From Candidatus Methylomirabilota bacterium (GTDB lineage: Bacteria; Methylomirabilota; Methylomirabilia; Rokubacteriales; CSP1-6), in contig JBKPAK010000014.1 in NCBI GenBank assembly GCA_046726415.1, positions 1 through 59,465 on the forward strand: a DNA stretch of 59,465 nucleotides, read 5' to 3'. Shown here piece by piece: positions 45,691-55,262 of this stretch. The position numbers were made by a program, and so were the translations under genes. The first letter of the stretch is position 1. The number at the start of each line of letters is the position of its first letter. The notes beneath the pieces are model-generated. The model was not told where the DNA came from, made no database searches, and was given only the letters and a program-made list of their open reading frames with translations.

Positions 45691-46958
45691 CGCGTCTGCC
45701 GCCGATCGACTACGCGCACCGCCTTGCCCGGCGGCCGTTCCAATTCGCCGAGGCGACACAGGCGGACCTCGGGGCTGAGGGCCAGCCGGTCGTGCAGTTC
45801 CCGCCGGATGAGGGAGGCCAGGCCGGGGTCGCCGTCGTCCTCCGCTTCCGCCAGGATGACCATCCGCTCGCCTCCGGCCCCCGACTCCAGCACGATCTGG
45901 TACTCGGGGCCAAGGCCGGGCAGGCAGAGCAGTGCCGCCTCCACCTGGCGTGGATAGAAGTTCACGCCCTTGTAGATCACCATGTCGTCGGTGCGACCGC
46001 GCAGGCGATCCAGGCGAAGCGCGGTCCGCCCGCACGCGCAGCGATCCCGGGAAACGATGCGGGTGAGGTCGTGGGTGCGATACCGAATGAGCGGTAGACC
46101 TTCGCGGGTGAGCGTCGAGACGACCAGCTCACCCTCGGTGCCATCCCGGAGGGGGCGGCCCAAAGCCGGATCGACGATTTCCACGAAGTAGTGATCCTCC
46201 CACACATGGATGCCCGCGCGCGCCTCGCAGTCGATGCCAAGCCCCGGCCCACCCGTCTCCGTCATGCCGATGATGTCGAAGGTGCGGATGCCGAGCTCGC
46301 GCTCGATCCGCGCGCGCAGCTCGTCCGACCACATCTCCGAGCCGAAGATCCCCACGCGCAGGGCGAGGGAGCCCAGGTCGATGCATTCCTCGCGAGCCAC
46401 CTCGATGAGGCGCAGCGGATACGTCGCGATGGCCGCCACCACCGTCGTCCGCAGATCGCGCATGAGCCGCAGCTGCAGGCTGGTGCGCCCGGCGCCGGTC
46501 GGGATCACCATCGCCCCCAGTTTCTCCGCGCCGTAGTGAAAGCCGAAGCCGCCTGTGAAGAGCCCAAACGACGGCGTGATCTGGACCACGTCCGCGCGCG
46601 TCACCCCGGCTGTCGCGTAGCAGCGCGCCATGACCTCGCCCCACTGCTCGACGTCATTGGCCGTGTAGGGGTTGAGGATCGGGTTACCCGTGGTGCCGCT
46701 CGACATGTGAACGCGCCGATAGGCGTCGGGGCCCCCACAGGCCAGGTCGAACGGATAGGCGTCGCGCAGTTCTTCCTTGGTCAGAAAGGGTAGTTGAGAC
46801 CAGTCGCCAACGCACGCCAGGTCGTGCGGGTGGACGTGGCCGAGGCGACGCGCGTGCGCTGGCTGGCGAAGAGCGCGCATCAGGGTGGCCCGCATGCCCT
46901 CGAGCTGCAGCCCCTCCAGCGCCTCGCGATCGAGCGCCTCGCGTTCGGGTCGCCACAT
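45687..46958 (-). CDS. Phenylacetate--CoA ligase family protein (PaaK-like)
   Basis: LPFLTKEELRDAYPF, SSGTTGNP, GLFTGGFGFHYGAE, GMTETGGPG, PLIRYRTHD, GRTDDM, GKAVRVVD. Confidence 0.92.
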   Translation of the reverse strand: MWRPEREALDREALEGLQLEGMRATLMRALRQPAHARRLGHVHPHDLACVGDWSQLPFLTKEELRDAYPFDLACGGPDAYRRVHMSSGTTGNPILNPYTANDVEQWGEVMARCYATAGVTRADVVQITPSFGLFTGGFGFHYGAEKLGAMVIPTGAGRTSLQLRLMRDLRTTVVAAIATYPLRLIEVAREECIDLGSLALRVGIFGSEMWSDELRARIERELGIRTFDIIGMTETGGPGLGIDCEARAGIHVWEDHYFVEIVDPALGRPLRDGTEGELVVSTLTREGLPLIRYRTHDLTRIVSRDRCACGRTALRLDRLRGRTDDMVIYKGVNFYPRQVEAALLCLPGLGPEYQIVLESGAGGERMVILAEAEDDGDPGLASLIRRELHDRLALSPEVRLCRLGELERPPGKAVRVVDRRQTR

Positions 46959-47159
46959 CACGGGGGCAGGGTTCGCGGAGCTCTCAGGGCCCGGGCCACG
47001 GCGTCCACGCGGGCGTCGGCGACGCCGGCGACCTGCCGGCAGGCCGCCAGACAGCACCGCAGCGCGGACACCGGAAGGAGGCGTCTCACCGCGAGCCAGT
47101 GTAGATCAGTTGCCGCGACGGCGGAGGAAGGCGAGAACGTGCGAGAATCGCCGGGAGCC

Positions 47160-48311
47160 ATGGCAGACGGGATCACGCTCTTCGTCGTCCGGGGCATTCC
47201 GGTGCGCGCGCACCCGAGCTGGCTCTTGATTCTGGCCTTGCTCACGTGGAATCTCGCCGTCGGCTACTTCCCGCATGTCCTGCCCGAACTGCCGGTGGGC
47301 GCCCTGTGGATCAGGGCCCTGGTGGCCGCGCTTCTGCTCTTCGCCTCCGTGTTCCTGCACGAGTTGGCCCACTCCATTGCCGCCCTCCACTACGGGATCC
47401 CCGTGTCGAGCATCACCTTGCACATCTTCGGGGGCGTATCCCAACTCGAACGGGAGCCGAGCCGGCCGGGGTCCGAATTTGCCATCGCGGTGGTGGGGCC
47501 GCTCACGAGCTTCGCCATCGCCGGCGTGCTGGTCGTCGCGGGTCTCGTGCTCGATCCCGGGGCTGGCGCGCGGGCCACCATGCAGTACCTGATCTTCGTG
47601 AACGTGCTCCTGGGCGTCTTCAACCTCATCCCCGGCTTTCCGCTCGACGGCGGCCGCGTCCTCCGAGCCGTGCTGTGGCGTCTCAAGGGCAACCTGGCCT
47701 GGGCGACCCGCGTGGCCGCGCGCACCGGCTCCGTTTTCGCCTTCATTTTGATAGGACTGGGTATCCTGCGCGCGTTCACCGGTGAACTCATCGGCGGACT
47801 CTGGTTCGTGCTGATTGGTCTCTTTCTCCGCCAGTCCGCCGAAAGCAGCTACCAGCAGATGGTGCTGCGGGGCGGGCTGAGTCCGTATGTGGTGCGCGAC
47901 GCCATGACGCGTGACGTGAAGGTCGTGCCGGCCGACACCCCGGTGGGTGCCGTCGTGGACAACTTCTTCTGGAAGCATCACGTGTCGAGCTTCCCCGTCG
48001 TCGACGGCCAGCGCGTGGTGGGCATTCTCGGTCTCGACCAGGTCAAGGCGCTCGCGCCCGAGGCGCGGAGCACCACGCGGGCCCGGGATCTCATGCTCCC
48101 CCTCTCCGACGCGCTCCGGGTCACGCCGGCCGACTCGCTCTGGCACGCGCTCGAGAAGCTCACGCGGAACGGGCTGGGTCGGGTGGCGGTGATCGACGGC
48201 GACACCCTGGTCGGCTACCTCAGCGTCAAGGACGTGGTGCACGTCCTCTCGGTCGCCCGGGATCAGCGGGCGACGACGCGTCGCCAGAGCGGCGAGCGCC
48301 AGCCGTCGTGA
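47160..48311 (+). CDS. Site-2 protease (M50) with tandem CBS domains
   Basis: HELAH zinc motif, FNLIPGFPLDGGR, C-terminal CBS pair; start reassigned to MADGITL after GGGAG. Confidence 0.93.
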   Translation: MADGITLFVVRGIPVRAHPSWLLILALLTWNLAVGYFPHVLPELPVGALWIRALVAALLLFASVFLHELAHSIAALHYGIPVSSITLHIFGGVSQLEREPSRPGSEFAIAVVGPLTSFAIAGVLVVAGLVLDPGAGARATMQYLIFVNVLLGVFNLIPGFPLDGGRVLRAVLWRLKGNLAWATRVAARTGSVFAFILIGLGILRAFTGELIGGLWFVLIGLFLRQSAESSYQQMVLRGGLSPYVVRDAMTRDVKVVPADTPVGAVVDNFFWKHHVSSFPVVDGQRVVGILGLDQVKALAPEARSTTRARDLMLPLSDALRVTPADSLWHALEKLTRNGLGRVAVIDGDTLVGYLSVKDVVHVLSVARDQRATTRRQSGERQPS

Positions 48312-49375
48312 AGCACCTCCCGGATTTCGCGCCGAACCAGGTCGCCTAGGCCGAGTCGATCCAGACCGCGGCCGCCGGCCCGGAGATCGCGCCCCAGCAG
48401 CGCGCCGAAGACCGAGAGCAATCCGCTCACCGCCGGAGTGTCGACGCCGGCCAGTCGCCCCGTCGATTCGAACAGCGAGAGACCGAGGGCGACGTCCTCG
48501 GTCACATAGCGGTGCTCGAAGGTGACGATCTCGCTCCACAGGCCGCTGGCCACGACCTTGGCCTTGGCCCCTGCACCGTATAGCCCCTCGGCGGCTCGCG
48601 CGTCGTCGTAGATCGTGTCCTGCTCGTAGTGGGGCGCGGGATACCCCAGGCCCGCGCGGATGGCCACCCGCTCCCCGTCCACCGCGGCGATCAGCCGCCG
48701 CACGCTGGGCGTCGTTCCCGAGGCGTGGATGTCGAAGCGACCGCCGTCGATGGCTCCCGCGTTGAGGAGCACCAGCGGCGCGTGGATCACAGTCCCCGCG
48801 TTGGTCAGGGCCACGTCGAGGGCGTCGCGACAGGGACGCATCGTGGTGAAGAGCCCGCGCAGACGCTCCTGCACCTCCGCGGCGTGGGCGGCCGGGAACA
48901 CGCCGGTCGGCAGATTGGCAGCCCGGACCGGCGCCGTGACCTCCGCCGGCCCCGTCCGGCGCGCGAGGTACGGCAGGGTACCCGTCTCGGCAAAGGCGAA
49001 GGGCAGGCGCCCTCCCACGCGCGCAATCTCCCTGGCCATGACGTACGACCCGAAGGTTCCCGGCGTGATCAGCACGATCTGACGCGGATCGAGCACCTCG
49101 GCCAGGCGCGGGGCGAGGTCTTCGTGGGTGGTGGCCGGGAGGGGAATGATCACCACCTCGGCGCCATCGAGCGCCTCCGGCAGTGCCGCGGTGGCGCGGT
49201 CGAGCTTGGCGCGGCCCTGCCGTCCTTCCGCGATCAGCATGATCCCGCCCGCGGCGCGGATGGGCGCCAGATCCTCTTCGCGGCGGCGCCAGAGGCGGAC
49301 GTCGTGTCCGTCCAGGGCCAGGTCGGCTGCCGTGGCATGCGCGCCATGACTGCCGCCGAGCACCGCCACTCTCAT
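48263..49375 (-). CDS. NAD/NADP octopine/nopaline (opine) dehydrogenase family protein
   Basis: ATGA overlap; MRVAVLGGSHGAHA Rossmann start, PGTFG, ETGTLPY, LTNAGTVIH, HRYVTEDVALGL. Confidence 0.9.
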   Translation of the reverse strand: MRVAVLGGSHGAHATAADLALDGHDVRLWRRREEDLAPIRAAGGIMLIAEGRQGRAKLDRATAALPEALDGAEVVIIPLPATTHEDLAPRLAEVLDPRQIVLITPGTFGSYVMAREIARVGGRLPFAFAETGTLPYLARRTGPAEVTAPVRAANLPTGVFPAAHAAEVQERLRGLFTTMRPCRDALDVALTNAGTVIHAPLVLLNAGAIDGGRFDIHASGTTPSVRRLIAAVDGERVAIRAGLGYPAPHYEQDTIYDDARAAEGLYGAGAKAKVVASGLWSEIVTFEHRYVTEDVALGLSLFESTGRLAGVDTPAVSGLLSVFGALLGRDLRAGGRGLDRLGLGDLVRREIREVLHDGWRSPLWRRVVAR

Positions 49376-50598
49376 GCCACGACTCCCGCCGCGCGCAAGG
49401 CGGCCAAACGGTCCGGGGAATATCCGAGCAGATTGGCGAGTACCTCGTCCGTATGCTCGCCAAGCCGTGGCGCCGGCGCCGGCGTCAGACCCATCGCGCC
49501 ATCGAGCTTGATCGGTGTGCCCAGGGTCGGCACTCGCCCCAGGCTGGGATGAACGAGATCGATCACCATCTGGCGATGCCTCACTTGTGGATCGCTGAGC
49601 ACCCGATCCACGCTCAGGATCGGCGCGCTCGGCACGCCCTCGGCGTGCAGCCGCTTGAGCCATTCCTCGGTCGTCCGCACGGCAAAGACCTCCTCCACCA
49701 GGGCCATAAGCGCTGCGCGGTGGGCCACGCGGTCACGGTTCCTGGCGAATCGCGGATCCCCCTCCCACTCCGGGTGCTCGACCGCGCGGCAGAAGGCGCC
49801 CCAGAACTTCTCGGCGAAGACCGCCACGATGAGATGTCCGTCTCGCGTCTGGAGCGCCCCATAGGGAACGACCGAGGCGTGGGCCGAGCCAAGTGGCCCG
49901 GGCACGCGCCCATCGGTCCAGAAGTACTGCGCGATGTAGGTCAGCAGCGACACTTGACAGTCGAGTAGTGACAGGTCCAGGCAGGCGCCCTCGCCCGTTC
50001 GCGAACGGCGGAAGAGCGCGCCGGCCACGGCGAAGGCGCCGAACATCCCCCCGGCGAGATCCCCCATCGGCAGACCCATCCGCACGGGCCGCCCGTCGCG
50101 TTCTCCGGTGAGGCTCATCGCGCCACCCATCGCCTGCAGGGCCAGGTCGAAGGCGGGCCAGTCCCGATAGGGCCCATCGCCGCCGTAGGCGGAGATCGAG
50201 CAGACAATCAGCCGTGGATTTGCCCCGCGCAACGCTGGCGGCGGACACCCGAGGCGCTCCAGGATGCCGGGACGGAAGTTCTCCCACACCACATCGGCCG
50301 TGCGCACCAGCTCCAGGAACACCGCCCGGCCGTCGGGCTTCTTGAGATCGAGGGCCACGGATTTTTTGTTGCGATTGATGGCCAGGAAGTATGCGCTTCC
50401 TCCGTCACTCAGGAACGGCGGGCCCATGATCCGCATCGGGTCACCGCCATCGGGCTCCTCGATCTTGATCACCTCGGCCCCCGTGTCGGCGAGGAGCATC
50501 GAGCCGTACGGCCCGGCGAGCATCCGCGACAGGTCCAGCACCCGTACCCCGTCGAAGAGCTTCACGACGCCTGGCGAGGCCGCGCCCCCCGATGACAT
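49372..50598 (-). CDS. Class III CoA transferase (CaiB/BaiF family)
   Basis: DLSRMLAGPY, GAEVIKIE, NRNKKS, ENFRPG, PMGDLAGG (catalytic Asp), APRLGEHT. Confidence 0.94.
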   Translation of the reverse strand: MSSGGAASPGVVKLFDGVRVLDLSRMLAGPYGSMLLADTGAEVIKIEEPDGGDPMRIMGPPFLSDGGSAYFLAINRNKKSVALDLKKPDGRAVFLELVRTADVVWENFRPGILERLGCPPPALRGANPRLIVCSISAYGGDGPYRDWPAFDLALQAMGGAMSLTGERDGRPVRMGLPMGDLAGGMFGAFAVAGALFRRSRTGEGACLDLSLLDCQVSLLTYIAQYFWTDGRVPGPLGSAHASVVPYGALQTRDGHLIVAVFAEKFWGAFCRAVEHPEWEGDPRFARNRDRVAHRAALMALVEEVFAVRTTEEWLKRLHAEGVPSAPILSVDRVLSDPQVRHRQMVIDLVHPSLGRVPTLGTPIKLDGAMGLTPAPAPRLGEHTDEVLANLLGYSPDRLAALRAAGVVA

Positions 50599-52928
50599 CA
50601 GCGCGATGCCCTCAAGGCCGCGTGCACCTTTTCCGGCGTGATGGGCAGTTCGGTGAAGCGGATTCCGATGGCATCGTGGATGGCGTTGGCCACTGCCGCC
50701 GAGACCGGAATGACCCCCGACTCGCCGAGGCCCTTGGCCCCGAACGGGCCTTCCCGGTCATCGGTCTCGATGAAGCGCACGGCGATCTCGGGCATGTCGC
50801 GGGCTCTCAAGAGCGCGTAGTCCATGAAGGTCGAGCTGAGGATCTGTCCGTTCTCGACCACGAGCTTCTCGCTGAGCGCGTAGCCCAGGCCCATGTGGAT
50901 TCCGCCGTGGATCTGTCCCTCGGCGGCCATGGGGTTGAGGGCGCGGCCCACGTCGTGCGCGGAGGCGATCCGGCGGACCGCGGCCCGACCCGTGGCCTCT
51001 TCCACATCGATCAGCACCGCCTGGGCGGCGAAGCCGTACGTGGCCGACACGTTGCCGCGCAGATCCTTGTCCAGCATGGTCGTCGGCGGATCGTAGAACG
51101 CTTCGGCGACCAGGACGCGACCTCCTTCCCGGTAGTGGCCGGCGCGAGCCACGCGCTCGTAGGGCTCCCGACGGCGCGGGTCGGACGCGATGAATACCCA
51201 TCCGTCGCGAACCTCGAGCCGATCTGGCGACTCGTCGAAGACGGACGCCGCCATGGCCAGGAGCTGGCGCTTCAAGTCCTCCGCGGCCAGGCGAGCGGCA
51301 TTGCCGGCAATGAACGTCGTGCGGCTGGCGTGGGTGCCCACGTCCCACGGCTTCAACGACGTGTCGGAGTTTACGACGTTCACCCGTTCGAGCGGGACGC
51401 CGAGCGTCTCCGCCACGATCATGGCCAGCACCGTCTCCGATCCCTGCCCGATCTCGGTGGCCCCCGTCAGGAGCGTCACCGCGCCGAAGTCGTCCAGCTT
51501 GAGGATGGCCCCGCAGCCGTCCGAGCGATAGATCCGCGCGCCGCCACCGACGTGGAACATCCCGGCGAAGCCAATCCCACGCCTCCATCCGAGGCGCGGC
51601 GGCGGCAGATCCTTGCCGATCTCTTCCGCGGCGGCGTCCAGGCATTCGGCGAGAGCGCACGAGGTGATGGCGAAGCCTTGCGGATTCACGTCGCCGGGTC
51701 GATTGGCGTTGCGGCGCCGGAACTCGAGACGGTCGAGGTGGAGCCGGTCGGCCAGGTCGTCCATTTGCGACTCCACGGCAAAGGTCGACTCGAGGTTGCC
51801 GTAGCCTCGCATGGAGCCGGAGTACGGATTGTTGGTGTACACGATGGTGGTGTCGAAGCGCACGCTCGGACAGCGATAGAGCCCGGCCACGGTGGCGAGC
51901 ATCACGTAGGGCGTGGTCGAGCCCCACGAGACGTAGGCGCCGTTGTCGACCACCACGTGCGCGTCGCGGGCGAGCAGGCGCCCGTCGGCGCCGGCCGCCG
52001 TGCGCAGGTGGATCACGCAGGGCTCACGGCCAGGCGCTCCCACGAATTCTTCGACGCGGTCGAACTCGATCTTCACCGGGCGGCCCACCCGGCGCGAGCA
52101 CAGGGCGGCGATGACGTCGATCGGATAGAGATCGAGTCCACGGCCGAAGTTCCCGCCCACCGGCGGCTGGATGACGCGTACTCGGTCCCCGCCGATACCC
52201 AGCGCCGCGGCCAGGTCGCGCTGGTAGAGAAAGGGCACCTGGGTCGTGCTGTACATGGTGAGGCGCCCGTGCGGATCCCAGTCGGCGATGGCCACCATCG
52301 TGCCCAGGCAGGCGGTGGCCACGAAGGGCAGCCCGTAGCGCCCTTCCACAACTGCGGCCGCGGAGGCGAAGGCGCCCTCGACGTCACCGTGAGCGAACTG
52401 GTAGCGCAGGTGCGTCTGGTTGGTGGCGAGCGCTTCGTGGACGAGCGGGGCGTCGGGATCGAGAGCGCGGGAGGGGTCGAAGTTCGCCGGCAGCTCTTCG
52501 TAGTCGACGTCGATCAGCACCAGCGCCGCCTCGGCCTGCGCCGCCTGATCAGCCACCACCGCCGCGATTTCGTCGCGAATGCAGCGGACCTTGTCGCGCT
52601 TCAAGGGAAGCTGGTCTTTGGCAAAGCCGAAGGGATGCTGCTCCACGTCCCGAGCGGTGAGGACCGCCAAGACCCCGGGGGCCTGGCACGCGCGCCGCGT
52701 ATCGATGTGAAGAATCCGGGCGTGCGGGAATCGCGAGCGCAGGATCTTGGCGTGGGCGATCCGCGGCAGCTCGAGGTCGTGGAGGAAGCGAGTGTGCCCG
52801 GTGACCTTTTCGGCCCCGTCGCGCTTGGCCGTGGATCGCCCGATGACGGAGAAGCTACCCGCGCTCACCGCGAATCCACCCGGCGTGGGCGAACGCGCCC
52901 GATGATTCTCCGCCGGCCGCCACCACAT
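50598..52928 (-). CDS. Xanthine dehydrogenase-family molybdopterin-binding large subunit (alternative start 52868)
   Basis: EKVTG, STTQVP, VGGNFG, SMRGYG, EIGQG, ASRTT, GQIHGG, GAKGLGE. Confidence 0.93.
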   Translation of the reverse strand: MWWRPAENHRARSPTPGGFAVSAGSFSVIGRSTAKRDGAEKVTGHTRFLHDLELPRIAHAKILRSRFPHARILHIDTRRACQAPGVLAVLTARDVEQHPFGFAKDQLPLKRDKVRCIRDEIAAVVADQAAQAEAALVLIDVDYEELPANFDPSRALDPDAPLVHEALATNQTHLRYQFAHGDVEGAFASAAAVVEGRYGLPFVATACLGTMVAIADWDPHGRLTMYSTTQVPFLYQRDLAAALGIGGDRVRVIQPPVGGNFGRGLDLYPIDVIAALCSRRVGRPVKIEFDRVEEFVGAPGREPCVIHLRTAAGADGRLLARDAHVVVDNGAYVSWGSTTPYVMLATVAGLYRCPSVRFDTTIVYTNNPYSGSMRGYGNLESTFAVESQMDDLADRLHLDRLEFRRRNANRPGDVNPQGFAITSCALAECLDAAAEEIGKDLPPPRLGWRRGIGFAGMFHVGGGARIYRSDGCGAILKLDDFGAVTLLTGATEIGQGSETVLAMIVAETLGVPLERVNVVNSDTSLKPWDVGTHASRTTFIAGNAARLAAEDLKRQLLAMAASVFDESPDRLEVRDGWVFIASDPRRREPYERVARAGHYREGGRVLVAEAFYDPPTTMLDKDLRGNVSATYGFAAQAVLIDVEEATGRAAVRRIASAHDVGRALNPMAAEGQIHGGIHMGLGYALSEKLVVENGQILSSTFMDYALLRARDMPEIAVRFIETDDREGPFGAKGLGESGVIPVSAAVANAIHDAIGIRFTELPITPEKVHAALRASR

Positions 52929-52956
52929 CGCCGTCCCTCCATGACCCTGGCATCGA

Positions 52957-54552
52957 TCAGACCTTCACGGGTTCCTTGTGCTCGCCGAAGACGTCCTTCA
53001 GGGCGCCGTTGATTTCACCGAGTGTGGCGTAGGCGCAGACGGCCTCGAGAATGGCTGGCATGAGATTGGCGGTGCCGCGCGCTTCGTCATGCAGCTGGGC
53101 GAGGGCGCGCGCCGCCGCGCGGCCGTCGCGTTCCCGCCGTACTCGGGCGAGCCGGGCCACCTGGGCCTCCGCGACCTTCGCGTCGAAGCCGTACAGCTCC
53201 ACGTCGCGATCGGCCTCGACGGGCTGGTCCCCGACGTGGCAGTTCACGGCGACCTTGGCAATCTCCCCCGAGGCCAGCTTGCGCTCGAACAGGTAGGCTT
53301 GGCGCGCCACTTCCGCCTGGATGGCCCCGCTCTTCACGGCTTCCACGATGCCGCCCATGCGCTCCACCGCGGCCATCTCTTCGAGAATCTTCTTCTCCAT
53401 CTCCCCGGTGAGGGCCTCCACGTAGTACGAGCCGGCCAGCGGATCGACGGTGTCCGTCGCCCCCGATTCTTCGGCGCAGATCTGCATGGTCCTGAGCGCG
53501 ATGAGCTGCGCCTTGGCCGACGGAATCGTGTAGGCCTCGTCGTAGGTCGGCAGGGCCATGGTCTGGGCCCCGGACAGCGCCGCGGCCAGCGCGATGTAGG
53601 CCCCGCGCACGATGTTGTTCTCCGGCTCCTGCACGGTAAAGGCCGATCCGCCGCCCCCGATGAGGCTGCGGAACATCCACGACTTCGGATTGGCCGCCCC
53701 GAAGCGCTCGCGCATCATGCGCGCATACAGCCGTCGACCCGCCCGAAACTTGGCGACCTCCTCGAAGATCTTGCCCCAGCAGGTGAAGTTGAAGGAGAGG
53801 CGCGGGGCGAACTCATCCACGCTCATCCCGCGGGCCAGCATGAGTTCGACGTAGGCCGCCGCGATGGCCAGCCCATAGGCCATCTCCTGCGCGGTGGTGC
53901 AGCCCGCCTCCCGGATGTGGTAGCCGCACACCGACACGGGGTTGGAGCGCGGATAGTGACGGGCCGAGAACTCGATGAGGTCGGCCACCAAGCGCAGCGA
54001 CGGGTCGACGGGATACACCCACGTGCCACGCGCCACGAACTCCTTGAGGATGTCGTTCTGTGGCGTGGTCACCACCAGGTCCGCCGCGGCCCCCTGCTTT
54101 TCCGCCACCGCGTAATACATGGCGGTGATCGGCGCGGCCATGCTGTTGATGGTGAGCGAGACGCTCACCCGATCGAGGGGAATCCCGGCGAAGGCCGCCT
54201 CCATGTCGGCGAGCGTGTCGATGGCCATGCCCACCCGGCCGACCTCGCCGTCCGCCCGCGGGTCGTCGGAATCGAGCCCGAGCTGGGTGGGCAGATCGAA
54301 GGCGACGTTGAGCGCGTCCTGGCCGTGGGCCATGAGGTACCTGAACCGCGCGTTGGTCTCCTCGGGAGTGCCGAAGCCGATGTACTGGCGCATCGTCCAC
54401 ACGCGCTCGCGATACATGTGCTTGTGGATGCCGCGGGTGTACGGATACTGGCCCGGCTGCCCGATGTCGCGGGCGAACTCGATCCCGGCCACGTCCTGCG
54501 GCTCGTACACCGCCTTGACGGGGATTCCGGCGTGCAGCGTGACATCTCTCAT
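52957..54552 (-). CDS. B12-dependent acyl-CoA mutase, substrate-binding large subunit (methylmalonyl-CoA mutase family, atypical)
   Basis: PGQYPYTRG, TMRQYIGFG, AFDLPTQLGLDSD, QNDILKEF, GYHIREAG, EEVAKFRA, DPLAGSYYVE. Confidence 0.94.
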   Translation of the reverse strand: MRDVTLHAGIPVKAVYEPQDVAGIEFARDIGQPGQYPYTRGIHKHMYRERVWTMRQYIGFGTPEETNARFRYLMAHGQDALNVAFDLPTQLGLDSDDPRADGEVGRVGMAIDTLADMEAAFAGIPLDRVSVSLTINSMAAPITAMYYAVAEKQGAAADLVVTTPQNDILKEFVARGTWVYPVDPSLRLVADLIEFSARHYPRSNPVSVCGYHIREAGCTTAQEMAYGLAIAAAYVELMLARGMSVDEFAPRLSFNFTCWGKIFEEVAKFRAGRRLYARMMRERFGAANPKSWMFRSLIGGGGSAFTVQEPENNIVRGAYIALAAALSGAQTMALPTYDEAYTIPSAKAQLIALRTMQICAEESGATDTVDPLAGSYYVEALTGEMEKKILEEMAAVERMGGIVEAVKSGAIQAEVARQAYLFERKLASGEIAKVAVNCHVGDQPVEADRDVELYGFDAKVAEAQVARLARVRRERDGRAAARALAQLHDEARGTANLMPAILEAVCAYATLGEINGALKDVFGEHKEPVKV

Positions 54553-54839
54553 GCTCTGCCCTCCACTCGGCCGAAAAATCGCGCGATCCTCGGGACCAGC
54601 TCCGGACCGCGCTCCTCGAGCGGGGCGTGACCGGCGTTGGCAAGCTCCACGATCTCCACGCGCGGGAAGACGGTTGCGCCAGCGCGGTAGGCCACCGCGA
54701 ATCGTACCCGATCGGCCCACCGAAATCGCGTACGGGCGCGACGTCCCTCCCGCCGACGTTGCGCCTCCGGCCCGCGCCGAGATCCAGCGCGCGGGTCCCG
54801 AACGGATAGCTCCTGGTGATCGATCCAGGCGGGTGTCAC
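54549..54839 (-). pseudogene. Internally deleted alpha/beta-hydrolase remnant that still forms an open 96-codon frame
   Basis: N-terminus [10 protein letters not shown] then (+1 frame) YPFGTRALDLGAGRRRNVGG; C-terminus FPRVEIVELANAGHAPLEERGPELVPRIARFF. Confidence 0.75.
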
Positions 54840-55228
54840 GGCCGGTGCTCGGCGACGGGCTCGGTGAAGGCTGCGACGATCGACGCGAGCGAGGTGCCCA
54901 TCGGAAATATGCCACTGACGCCGAGCTGCTTCAGGGCGTCGGTGTCGCGCGGAGGGATGGTTCCACCCACCACGACGCGAACATCCTCGGCTCCCTGGGC
55001 CCGCAGCCCCTCCAGCACGCGCTTGGACAGCGGGAGATGGGCGCCCGACAGGATCGAGAGTCCCACGACGTCGACGTCCTCCTGGATGGCCTCGGCCACG
55101 ATCTCCTCGGGCGTGCGCTTGAGGCCTGTGTACACGACCTCCAGCCCGGCGTCGCGCAAGGCCTGCGCGACGACCTTGGCGCCACGGTCGTGACCGTCGA
55201 GCCCGGGCTTGGCGATGAGGATTTTCAT
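54836..55228 (-). CDS. B12-binding small subunit of the acyl-CoA mutase
   Basis: [16 protein letters not shown] (DxHxxG), [17 protein letters not shown]. Confidence 0.95.
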   Translation of the reverse strand: MKILIAKPGLDGHDRGAKVVAQALRDAGLEVVYTGLKRTPEEIVAEAIQEDVDVVGLSILSGAHLPLSKRVLEGLRAQGAEDVRVVVGGTIPPRDTDALKQLGVSGIFPMGTSLASIVAAFTEPVAEHRP

Positions 55229-55262
55229 TGGACAGGGCCCGGGCCCGGCGCGAGCGGCGACA

